This document shows, piece after piece, positions 13,258 through 24,694 of a stretch of 60,000 nt of DNA (position 1 is the first letter of the stretch; every line of letters starts with the position of its first letter). This stretch comes from Camelus ferus (Eukaryota): assembly GCF_009834535.1 (NCBI RefSeq), contig NC_045696.1, forward strand, positions 89,468,001-89,528,000, read 5' to 3'. The notes beneath the pieces were generated by a model. It searched no databases and was not told the origin of the DNA. It worked only from the letters and a program-made list of their open reading frames with translations. The position numbers and the translations under genes were made by a program.

Positions 13258-16129
13258 TAGATCTTGAAAAAAATTCATTATAAGTCATTATCCTTCTATT
13301 TTAGATCATATTTCTAGGCATGATGGCAAGATCCTGGCTTTAGGTGCTTGGGATCAACACTAATCAATTTCACTTCCATGAGGGCCAAATGAACACAGGA
13401 ATGGGAAAAAACAAAACAAAACACCACCTCGGAAGGCTTGAGCTGACCGTGTTTGGCGGTTTTGCAGTAGCTATGCAAACAGGGGGATAACAGCCACTCT
13501 TTCTCCCTACAGAGAATTTCCTCTGGTTCCTTCCTCTCCTGCTGTCCTCTCTAAAACGAACTGTGCTGGCAAAACATGGACCCAGATACTAATGATTCCC
13601 CTTAGAAAATGTACACATAGCCACTTACAATATCAGAGGTTGAAAGGGCCTCTTCTCGCCCCCCTGCCCTGAAATTCAAGGACTAGAACGGAGAGCTTCA
13701 GTTGCCTGTCAAGGCGCACTGGTCACGTGAGCTAATGCTTTTAAATGATCATTATCGGCCACTGGTGGAAATTATTGACTCTGAGAACACCGACCCCATT
13801 ACTGAGAAATCACTTACGCATTGTCAAAAGATTTTCCTATTCATCAATGGAAACTCTACTTCATCCTGATTAACCCTTTAGCCTCCCACCGCCCTTCCTT
13901 ATGCCCTAACATCCAAATTCCACGTGCTATACAAACTGACACCTGGTTTATATCTTTCCAAAAAATGACTTTTCCCCTTCCGTGCAATGTTTCTCTAAAT
14001 TTGCTTTGCTTTTCAAATAAGGTAGTCTGATAGCTAGATAAACCATGAAAATCTGCATGTGATTTTGCACTGGACTTTTCAGTGTAGGTTTAAAAAGTTA
14101 AAATAATGACATTGGGAGTGTGGAGTGGAGGAGGTTGAATGTGTTGGGAGTAGATTGAATGCCAGTGGTTTACCCATATCAGAAAAACTGAGGGCCAGAG
14201 ACATCAATCTTCTTATCCAGCTGAAAGCCTGAGTGTAAGACACTCGGCTGTGGTCACCTGGACGACGGCAGCACAGCTTCCGGGGGTGGGGGGGACCAAC
14301 AGTAATGCTCTCATCATGTTTCCCTTTGTTCTTAGAATTCTCTTCCCATTAGCGGCCCTTCTACATACACTGATTGTCACTAGGTCTTTTGATGGTTATT
14401 TTCTTCTGAATTCAAGCAATTTCGTCAAAGTACTTTCTATTTCAGGAAGCTTGGTAATTTCTGATGCTTCTAGATAGCGCACAGGGGAATACTAAGTACA
14501 CCAAGATTTCAAATTTTCCCTTGGTATAGAGAATATAAATAAATAGTAGGATATGGCGCTATTAGTGTTGAGCTTCTGCACGTGAAATCTTAGTTACCTA
14601 AGATTGTGCCTGTGTGTCTGTGAAAGCGGGGTCTCTATTTTCCAAAAATCATGGATGCACTGATACGCACCATAGCAATGTTCCCATTTTCTTCCCATCC
14701 CCCATCTCCACCCACTTTCCTAGAAAAATACTAAGCTTTTGGCTTAAAATATGCATTGCATATTCATTTCTTAAAAATCGCTTGATGTCTAAATCATGAT
14801 GTTTGAGGCCCTAGTGCTACTTTAAATAGGAGCAATGCACTTGTACTAAATTTCTATTTCCGATCAGGCCCTTAACTGAAGCCTTGTTGAAATGATTTTT
14901 TCCCACATTTAGACAGATCACTGTGTTCCTTTTGTGATAAAACATATGTTAGATTTTCAGATATACTGACTAAAAACAAGTGGAGATAAGTTTATATCCA
15001 GAATTATTTTCTTAATTTTAAAGGTGATAGATACATTACTACTGCCTCAGAAAAACACAGTGTCTCAACAGGGCAAAACACAGCTACACCCGAACCAGGC
15101 AAAAGAATGAAGACAAAAAGTATTCGTCAATACTATTAACTATGGGGAACAAAGTTCTCAATCAAATAAAACTCTATAGAACAAGACAGAAAAATAGCAT
15201 CATTGAACTTATAGTTTATTTATTTACTTTTCATTGAGCTTAGATTTCAAAGGCTGTATCAAATAATGCACTAAAATGCTATGAAATTTCCCTTTCCATT
15301 AGGTCAATATATTTTTTTCCCTGCTGTGGATGAAACCAGGCTTAAATTGAGTGGAATCTTAAATGAAGTCAAATTTGATACCTTGTTTTCTCATTCACAG
15401 GAAGAGGGGGTTGGGAAATGAGCCCTCACGTGGCTTGGTGTCAAGAGGGACAGACTGTATTTCCTTTCCTTTGTTAACCATTAAGTAACCCACCGCAATC
15501 TGGGCATGAAGACCGGTTTACTACTTTCTCCAGCAAGAACTTCTAAAGCATCTTGATGTGCTACTTAAATTTATATACTCTTGAGCTTTAGCACTTGAGA
15601 GCAACATAGGACATCTTTTGTTTTATGTGCTGGATGTGACACTTCAACTAGGCTGAAACATTTTGCCCAAGAAATATTTGGTATTTCAGGAGGCAGTAAG
15701 ATGATCCCCCTCTATGGTAAAAAGATGTGAAAACTTTGCAAAATTCAATCTATTAAGAAAGGCGGCTTGAGGATGCGAACCCGCCTCCACTGACCACAGA
15801 TACCTTGAAAAAGTGCTTGGGGATGATCAGGAGGGTCATCTCGGGAATCTTCTCTTGGTGAAGGAGGGGTAGGTGTGGAGGCCCGTTCTTAATGCACTGT
15901 CTCTGGGAAGGGTGGGATGTCTGTCTCTTTCCTTTTGTTCCTTGCTCCTTGTCCCCCATCTTGGCATGTGGGATGCTGGCAAATGGCCAACAGGCTCATA
16001 AGCCAGGTACCAGGAGTTGCGAGTCAGCTTCACCAACCCCCTGCTGCAGTGCATGCGTTGGAGCTTCTCTCTGCTGTTAGGATGCAAAACCCTGATCCTG
16101 GGGACTCATGACAGCACCAGCTGCAAAAA

Positions 16130-16610
16130 ATGCAATTCAGTCCAACACCTATTTATTGAACACATACTCTGTGTGTAGGGCTGGAAATGAAAACTGTGCC
16201 TTTGCCCTCAGGAAGCCTGTTGTCTAATGGGGGATACGGACTTAGACGTCACTAGCTGTAAATGGGATCTTACAAAAGTAAAAACAAAGTGCACTGAGAA
16301 GGAGAAAGTTTCCAGAATGAGGTGGCATTTGAGCCTTAAGGTGCATCAGCTTGCAACAGGTAGAAGCAGGTGTATGGGTGGCAGACCACCCAGGCTGAGG
16401 CATCACCGCAAAGAAAGTGGACTGATGGCAACGTAGGTGCAGGAGTGCAGGGTTTGGAGGGAGGTGTGTTTCTGCCCAGGGTTCAGATCATGGTTAGGCC
16501 TTGAATGTCATGCAAAGGGGTCTGAAATTTATCCTAAAGAAAATGGGGGAGCATTAAAGATTTCTATTGCGCTTCCTCAGGCCTAGGTGCGTGTTTGGAG
16601 AAGAGTCTCT
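16130..16610 (-). mobile_element. L2 LINE fragment
   Basis: caacacctatttattgaacacatact L2 terminus followed by a purine-rich L2 body. Confidence 0.65.
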
Positions 16611-17262
16611 TTATGATCCCGAGGGAGGAAAAAGATGAGAGCCATCTTCGTATCATTTTACCTTTTCCCTTCTAAGCCTCCATTCCCACAGTAGCTAAGA
16701 ATGTGAGGGGTGGGCTCTATGTCGGAGGTGGTCATGAGGGAATTTAAGCCATGGCAAGACAGGGATGAAAGCATGTCATTGTTTTGATAGACGCACTAAT
16801 CCCCAAAACCAACTGTAGGGAAAGAGGAGAAAATATTTGGGAGTTTTTACAAAATGGACCTCTGACCTAAGCTTGTGCTTTCAAGTTAACAATATTTCAA
16901 AGCTTTCTATCAGAGACCGTTTAGAAGGATCTGGCCTCTTGAAGGCTGCCAGGCCTGAAGCTGTGGGCAAGGCTCTTTCCTGAAGAGATTGGCTTCCTCC
17001 CAAGGCTGGAAAATGGAGGTCGATAGCTCTATCTTTTAACACGGCTACGACTGAAAATGACAACATACGCCTCAGTAGCCTCTGTGCTAATGTAAATCCT
17101 GGAAGGGAGAGAAGCACATGAAGAGGCTGACGATGTGAGAACCTTTAAAAGCAAAACCACCATGAGAAATTCTGCCAGAGAATTTCTCTCTGATCATCCC
17201 TGCTTGGATTAGGCTGTTCAAAGCACGGTAGACCAGAAATTGACACAACACTGTAAATTAGC

Positions 17263-17417
17263 GGGGAGGGTATAGCTCAGTGGTAGAGTGCAGCGCTTAG
17301 CATGAGCAAGGTCCTGGGTTCAATCCCTCGTACCTCCATTAAAATAATAATAATTAATAAATGGATAAATAAACCTAATTAACTCTCCCCCAAAATTAAT
17401 AACAATAAATAAATAAA
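17263..17417 (+). mobile_element. Camelid tRNA-derived SINE (vic-1 type)
   Basis: GGGGAGGGTATAGCTCAGTGGTAGAG (A box), GGTTCAATCC (B box), A-rich linker, aaacctaatt...ccccc tail and terminal A-rich tract. Confidence 0.88.
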
Positions 17418-17939
17418 GCATATGTTAAAAGACAAACACAGTGCATCCATCCACCTCATCCTGCATCCATCCACCTAGCCCTTGGAAGCAGCGAAACCCT
17501 TTTTCAAAACAGTCACCTATTTGGAAAGGCAGTCTATGGGAATCAAGTATATGTCCGTATATTAGCAATAAATAATTGGGAGGTGAAGTGATGCATGGCT
17601 TCCCTGGGCTGCTTGACAGTCTTCACTGAGCCCGTTATGTGTATCAGGAGAAGGTGGCTCCTAATTCATGGTGACTGACTTGTTCAGGTGGAAAGATGCA
17701 GAAAGGACCTGCCAACTCTCACACCAGTATGTTAACCAGGAAAAAATCCCATTTCACAGATGAGAAAAGTGACAATAGGGGATAATCTGACCCACAGACA
17801 ATGAAACCAGTGCAGGCTAATGGTGGGGGGCTGGGAGGGAGGGGGATTGAAAGTCACCCCAATGGCCATCAAAATGTAAGAAAGCACAATGCTCTAGTAC
17901 ATTCACAGTGCTTTTCTTCTTAGTCTGTTTTATATACAG

Positions 17940-18700
17940 TAGGCATAGCCATTCATATTGTTTGAGAGCTTGTTCCTAGCACTGGGAGAGCAGAGGGACA
18001 CAAACATAAAAACCCCTGCCCTTGGCGAGCGTCCATGGAATGAGGGAGATGGAAAATAAACGAATACATTATGTCGTCTGATTGGTGGTGATGAGTGCCA
18101 ACTACAAAAATAAATTAGGGAGTGTCATAGAAATATTGGGATGGAACTGGGGAGTTGGAAGTTGACATAGTAAGTCCAGAGAAGGCCTACACAAGAAGGT
18201 GACATTTGAGCAAAGATCTGAAAAGCCAGTGAGTAAGCCATGGGGGTTGCGGACAGGACAAATACAGGATGCCCAGGGGAATGTGAATTCCAGATAAACA
18301 GAGAACAATTTTTGTAGTATAAGCATGTCCCAAACACTGCAGACTGTCTGCTAAATCTGCAACCCTACACGGGGGGCCCTGAGGGACACACACGCTGGGC
18401 AGGAGGGGCAGCATGTGCAGGGCCAGGCCGGCACGGGAAGAGGGGGGAATGAGGGTGGGGGTGGGAAGGTGAAGGGGACACGTGGGAGAGGAGTTTGTGA
18501 GGAGTCAGGGGCGAGGAAACGTAAGGTCCTGAGAGCCTCAGGAGGACGTGGGCTTTTTTCTCCGAGGAGGAGAATTTTGAGATGATGACAGGCTCTGACT
18601 TAGGTCTTAAAAGACTATTCTGGATACTGTGTTGAAAACAGACTACAGAACGGGGGCAAGGGCAGGAGCAGCACCAGTTAGAGGACGTTATTGCTCTAAT
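17940..18700 (-). mobile_element. L2 LINE fragment interrupted by MER53
   Basis: gaaggtgacatttgagcaaagatctgaa and related L2 motifs on both sides of the insert. Confidence 0.7.
18242..18367. mobile_element. MER53-like palindromic hAT MITE, internally deleted
   Basis: Termini gggttgc...gcaacccta; internal aaatacaggatgcccag...cagataaac...tagtataagcatgtccc. Confidence 0.75.
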
Positions 18701-18723
18701 GATGATGATGATGATGATGATGA
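18699..18723. repeat. (ATG)n microsatellite
   Basis: About 8 ATG units. Confidence 0.9.
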
Positions 18724-20857
18724 CGACAACGGTAATAGTAACATGCATCCAGGCAGGTGCTCCAAAACGGGCAAATACGTTTGAGGGGGATAGCCTCTGA
18801 AGCCCCATTCATGGACTCGCCACTAAGAGACCTTGGTTTACATTTATGCGGGAAAGGAATCACTCCTACAAATAAATTCCTTCTACTCACTAAAACACTA
18901 ACCCAGGAATTTGCTTTACCATTGCATTATCGTCCTTAAGAGTAAATATATATATATATAAGAAAAGGGGAAGTTTCTGAAAGACAACAAACACACTGTC
19001 GATATCACCAGTGACCATGATAAAATCAAGCCAAGAACTTTCTGAGTCCAAAGGCACATGGTGCCAGGTGGGTTCTAAAACTAAGGTTCTAAGTAGGATT
19101 GAGACTTGGCTCCAATCCTTTAATGTTCTTGCTTTGGCTGAGTTATGAATAAAGGGAGAGCATTTTAAAAGGACAGACCCAGGAAGATAGGTCTATAAAA
19201 CCCCATGAAGATGCAGAATCTATTGCCCATTATTATCTGCCTAATGCATTTAATTTTATTGTGAAAATAAGCAATAAATATCTTAAAACTATTGAACAAA
19301 CATTGACAGTGTTATATGTTGCAGTTCATGTAAAATAAAATTAATCTGTCTTCCTCTGGAAGCAGGGGGCTAACAAAATCCCTCCTCTTCAGATGAAATT
19401 GCTGCTATTGGACCAATTTTTGACTTGTAACACCAGTGATTCCATGTTCAAACTAATGAAAAGATATAGGGAATAATCTTACAGTATCTTGCCTTTCAAA
19501 AATTACATCACATAGCTTCTCTGAAAGGTGAGCAGAAAAAGGATTTTAATTATTATAGTAATTTAATCACCTGGAGCCATGCCATAAGTAGGCTCAGCTC
19601 TCCACTCCCCAACTCTGTATTCTGTGTAAGTCAAGTTTTGGCTGTTTCCTCAGCATCATGCCCCCTTTCTCATGGAAAAAATTTCCATGAAGCATATATC
19701 TGATACCTAGGATCTAAGGACCTAAATATGCCATAAAGTGAAAATACTATAAGACAAGCCTACAATGACAACATTCCAATGATTAAGCAGAGAAAAAAGT
19801 ATACAAATATATTTTCTCAGCACACTTTGCTGAGAAACGATTGCCTTGAGTCTTGTGAGATGTACCTGCATACATTTACCACTGTGAAATCCGATCTTAG
19901 AAGAAACACCTGCTGGTCTCAGGTAACCTACCTCACACAAGGAAGAGGCATTGTTAAATTAGAGAAACGGTCCCTTAGAGCTTCTAAACTCGGTCAGTTG
20001 AGTAATACCCTGACATTAACTATGCAGGGCTTGGACTAGCCCTGCTTACTGCTGCAAAGAGCAGTTTGTTTGAGAACATTCTCGTTGTCTGTTTACAACG
20101 AGGATACTTTCAATGTTGCCTCTACAGTCTCAGTCACAGGAAGGACTTATTAATACTCCAGAATTGGCCTTTTGAAATCATCTAAGTGTTTAACTCAAAA
20201 CTCCAGATAGATAGCAAATGAGCACACAGATGAATATATCTTCCTAAAATTTTTGTTTCGAGTTTTTTTATGCGTATTGGTACCTTAATTCTTATTTACT
20301 GGCCATTTGAAACAACATACTAGTAAAAATAAGTTTGGAAAGACATACAAGTGCAACTTTAAAACGTCAAGTGCATGCCAGCTGATTTTTGAAAATCTCT
20401 CAGGTCATCAATTATTACTTCCTATTTACATAATTTCCTTAAAGACAATCTTAAAAACTGGATGTGAAGGCACTCATGCCCTTTGCAGTGAGCAAAAATC
20501 ATATTTTTCAATATTATCTATGTGAAATTCCGACCAGATTTTCCTTCTCCAAAGTCCCTTAAATTCAATTACAGTTCAAAGCAGTTCCTCTTCTTTGCTC
20601 AGACATACAGAATGTGCAAAGCGCAGATCACCTCAGTGGATTTCACATATGCTTTAAAGGCCAAAGAAGCAGTGTTTTCTGCCCCATTACTCCCCAGAAA
20701 ATCTAATTACAATTCAGGTACTGTATGCGATGTAGGCCAGGAGTGGAAGATGGCAAAATCCCTTGAAAATCCGGAAAGAGGCAACCTGCTGCTTTGGAAG
20801 AGGAAGGCCTCCTCTCCCACAGGATGCCGGCCTCTCAAATCAGTCTTTAAATCTTAC

Positions 20858-20887
20858 CTGATACGAACAGTTCTCCTGATGTACCAT
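20858..20887 (-). CDS. SCHIP1: Alternative first coding exon of schwannomin-interacting protein 1, short isoform (MVHQENCSYQ), phase-0 splice donor
   Basis: Minus strand reads GAG ATG GTA CAT CAG GAG AAC TGT TCG TAT CAG|GTAAGA, with a good Kozak context (G at -3, G at +4) and a consensus donor. The peptide matches the recalled N-terminus of short SCHIP1 (MVHQ[D/E]NCSYQ-AQKNERES...). I did not find the next exon in the window, so it should lie beyond position 1. Confidence 0.9.
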
Positions 20888-21200
20888 CTCAGTGCATCCT
20901 AGGGCGCAGACCCCAAAGCAGGACTGCTCAGCGAGGCTGCGGAGGGAAAGCGCAGAACATCCACTGGCGGAGAGAACGCCCTGGGAAGGCAGGGGCTCCC
21001 CGCAGATTAAAATGGATGCTGTTTCGCTGATCAACCTGCGCAGTGGCACTGCCTGTGCCGGGAAGCGCGCAGCGAGCCGAGCTGCTCTCCTCGGAAACCA
21101 GCAGTGAGGCTTACAAACATGGAGCTAGGACTGGGCTGGGGGAGGGGGCGCGCTCATCACTGGCACAATCAGCCAATTATATTATAGGCACAAAGAAAAG
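20888..21200 (-). promoter_or_regulatory. SCHIP1: CpG-rich promoter and 5' UTR of the SCHIP1 short isoform
   Basis: Local CpG/GC enrichment at about 20900-21155, GC-box-like GGGGGAGGGGGCG at about 21138-21150, CCAAT at 21173-21177 and TATAATATAA on the minus strand at 21177-21186, all directly upstream of the coding exon. The TSS is not determined. Confidence 0.75.
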
Positions 21201-22019
21201 GATCAGTCTGGGGCTGGTGTGACCTTCTGGTGCTTTATGAAGGCAGTTAACTGATGTGGAAACATTCTAGTCCTCATTAAAGGGAAAAAGGCCAGCGAGG
21301 GAGAGAGAGAAACAGACAGAAACAAATCAATGTTGCAGCTGAGTATTTCTAACCTCCGGCATCATCCTTCCTGCCCACAGATGCTGCTTGCATGGTGCTT
21401 ACAGAAAGAGAGGCCCTGCGGATCATGTCAGAACTTTTAACATGAGAAAGAGAAAACAATCCTTTCTGAATACGGACACTGAAGGGATGTTCTCTGTGCT
21501 GAGTGTTTGAAGTGTTTGTCAACTTCATAGCTAAAGGGAGGGGTCTTCATTCTTTTAAACAATATAATTTTGTTAATTCTTTTGCTTTCCTACTTATTTT
21601 TGGCTCTTATCTGCTTTTTAAGTCAAACAGAAATAAGATGAAATGATTACTCCTATAATTTTGGGGGGTGATAAAGTTTATTAAAGTATGAAAGTTAGTA
21701 TATAATTCATTCATTTCACGAAAATGAAACTAAACTGCAAGTTTTTTTTTGAAAATAAGGCCATATATATATACATTACCCAATGCTGTGACTTGAATAT
21801 ATAGCCACATCCAATATAGCACATGTGCTCTTAGAGATAGCCTTTTTCACCTAAAAGACAGTAATGAAAGGATTCTGGACTTGCAGATAGTAATCAAAGG
21901 AAACACAGGTTGGATCATACCTGTCTCTGGGAAAAGGGGGAGCCAATTTCTGAAATACTTCAGGGCTATTCTAGGATTTTAGGATATATAAAGGGGAAAA
22001 ATTAGACCTGTAAATTGAA

Positions 22020-22206
22020 ATTTTTTTTATTTATTAATTTTTATTTATTAGTTATTAATTTTTAAATTTTTGAGGGGAGGTAATTAGGTTTACTAATTTT
22101 TATTTATTTATTTATTTATTTATTTTTTAATAGAGGTACTGGGGATTAAACCCAGGACCTCATGCATGCTAAACACATCCTCTACCACTGAGCTATACCC
22201 TCCCCC
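22020..22206 (-). mobile_element. Camelid tRNA-derived SINE (vic-1 type)
   Basis: Antisense head ...ctaccactgagctataccctccccc plus tail; TSD cctgtaaatt at 22007-22016 and 22210-22219. Confidence 0.9.
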
Positions 22207-22325
22207 AGGCCTGTAAATTTTTGAAGCTAATTTAATGACAGGAAACTTAAAAAAAACACACACACAATAAAATTTCCTTATCTATGTTCTTCAATTGCCA
22301 TAGGCAACTCATTTTGTTGTTTCTT

Positions 22326-22488
22326 TCTTTTCTTTTTCTTTTTTAATCAGTCATTTTTTTGAGGGGGAGGAGGTAATTAGGTTTTTATTTATTCTATTTA
22401 TTTATTTTAATGGAGGTACTGGGAATTGAACCCATGACCTTGGGCACGCTAAGCAGGCACTCTACCACTGAGCTATACCCCTCCCCCC
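22326..22488 (-). mobile_element. Camelid tRNA-derived SINE (vic-1 type)
   Basis: Antisense head and tail; TSD ttgttgtttctt on both flanks. Confidence 0.9.
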
Positions 22489-23213
22489 ACCTTGTTGTTT
22501 CTTAATAAAATAGCCCTGAGCACATAAATGGTACTCAATAAAATCTTGACTAAATTTAAACCATCAAATTTGAAAAAATTCAATAGAGACATTATTTTTA
22601 AGCTATTTTAATATATCTACATCTATTTAGCTTCTTAAAAACTCTTACTAATAACTGCAAAGTCTTCATTATGCTACTGATAGAGAAAAACAAGTACTTT
22701 TTGCCTGAGGAATGAAGCCAACATGTTTGACAGGTTTTCTTTTGAGCTCTATCTTAAGGAATGCTGAGAGTTTGTGTTAGGACTATTTGGTGATCTATTT
22801 TTAATTTTATAACAACAACTCTGTTGCTTGGGGAAAGAGACAAATGGATTTTTCGAAAAATTCTTAATCTTTGCGATTTGAGGTTCTGACAGGAGAAAAG
22901 TACGCTACCTGAGTTCAACTCCTGAGACACACTCACAAGCCAGGCTGCAGCTTCCTGGTCAGGAGAGTGGAAAGGTGGCAGGGATGGCCCAGCTGACGAT
23001 GCCACAGACTCACATTTCAGCACCAGCCCATCAGATTCAAAGGAAAAGCACTCTGGACATGCACCCGGCAAAGCTCACAGGCCTTCTCCTTGAGCATAGA
23101 AGGCGCTGGGCCACTTAACATGTACAAGACTTTTTAGGCCTGTTTGTTGGCAGGTGGCACAACGAAAGCTTTGTGAACGAAGCAGAAGCCTGAGCTAGAT
23201 TATGAGTCTTCTT

Positions 23214-23300
23214 CTTTTTCTTTTTTTTTTTTTAGTGGAATTAAACCCAGGACCTGGTGCATGCTAAGCATGCACTCCACCACTGAGCTATTACCCTACT
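23214..23300 (-). mobile_element. Short (head-only) camelid tRNA SINE
   Basis: Poly-T plus antisense tRNA-like head; perfect 20-bp TSD gctagattatgagtcttctt at 23194-23213 and 23301-23320. Confidence 0.9.
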
Positions 23301-24694
23301 GCTAGATTATGAGTCTTCTTAAAGAGATGAAGAAAAGAGGATAGAAACGTTTCAGGGAGGGGAAACAACATGCAACACACCTCGAGCCCAAACTCCATCC
23401 CTCCTGGGAGGTTGAGCAATCCATACAGCACAGAGACAGGCAGAGAGACGTCTGTGGGGAGCGCCCTGCTATACAGCCGCCCAGATGAAGGCTCTGGAAT
23501 CCTAAGTATGTGCAAGGGAGAAAAAAGTCAGCCAAAGTAAAAGTTGCTTTTGTGAGGTAGCAAATAAGATGAAATGGAGATCTTGGACCTTATCTAGAAG
23601 GCACAATCCCAACTTTTCAAGACAAAACAGCTTTACTTTAAAGGCTGTTAAAATTTTGCTCAAGTTACAACTTTGACAATCTATGACCTTAAGACTCAGG
23701 AACATGCTTTCAAGCTGGACAAGGCCTAAAAAGTCACTTCCTGGACTCTGTTCTCTTCTGAAAACTGAAGGCTCTGGGATATATTACATAAGCTCCTAAA
23801 GACATTTATCATGTGTTATTAAAAAAAGAAGAAGAAGAAGAAGAAGCCTAAACATGATCCCACTCTTCACAGTTGCTAGTCCATAAATAGTGGAAATGAC
23901 TCAGAGGTGGCTCTGGGGGGAACAGACATCTGACAATTGTATCCCAAATCCTGTCAAAAAACCTTCTCAAGCGATATAAACAAAACAAAACAAAAAGAAA
24001 TGTATCAAGCCAGCTTCCCTTTATAGTCATTCATCTGAAAGGACTTTGTGTTATAATTTAAACAGAAAACTTTAAACAGAAACCAGCTGTTCCAAGAACA
24101 TTTAAACTGGAATAACTTACCAGGCTACAGAAACATTTGTTATTTTTGGACTAAAAAATATTGATGAACTGTTTAAGTATGTCTGTGTAGCAGAGAGATT
24201 CTTTTTGCTTCTCAGGTCTTCACAACTTCCCTTCCCATAAAAAGTAGTGGGTTTCAGAATGAGATGGGACCTCAAGAGATACACTGTTGTTTTCCAGACA
24301 TGGAAACTGAGGTCTAAGAAAGTCGTGATGTGCCCAAGAACACAAATCCTCCAACAGCAGCAAAAAGGCATCAAAGTAAGAAGAAGAAAAAAACCCTCCA
24401 GATTTTCTAGCCTCTCACCTTGTATACTCATATTAAAAAATCCTACATGAGGGCCACCAGACTTGGAGAAATAAACCTCTTTTTAACTAGCCAATGTAGG
24501 CTGGCCTTGAAATCAAAATCTATCATAAGGTAAGAGTGGGGTTACAGAGTGGTTCTACCTAAATCTAAATCCAAGATATGTTTAAAAAGAAAAGGAATTG
24601 GAGTATTTCCTCATTAAGTTCCTGTTTCTGCCACCATGCAAACTATTACATCTCTAAATCTAGAAAAGTATTTCTTCATTTGATGGCAACAGAA

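Noticed and set aside
17263..17340. tRNA gene
   Set aside because: A and B boxes are present, but the A-rich tail and multiple diverged copies with TSDs show it is a SINE.
17442..17476. Direct repeat tgcatccatccacct (similar short duplications near 32906 and 44793)
   Set aside because: Two-copy slippage duplications only; no array or spacer structure.
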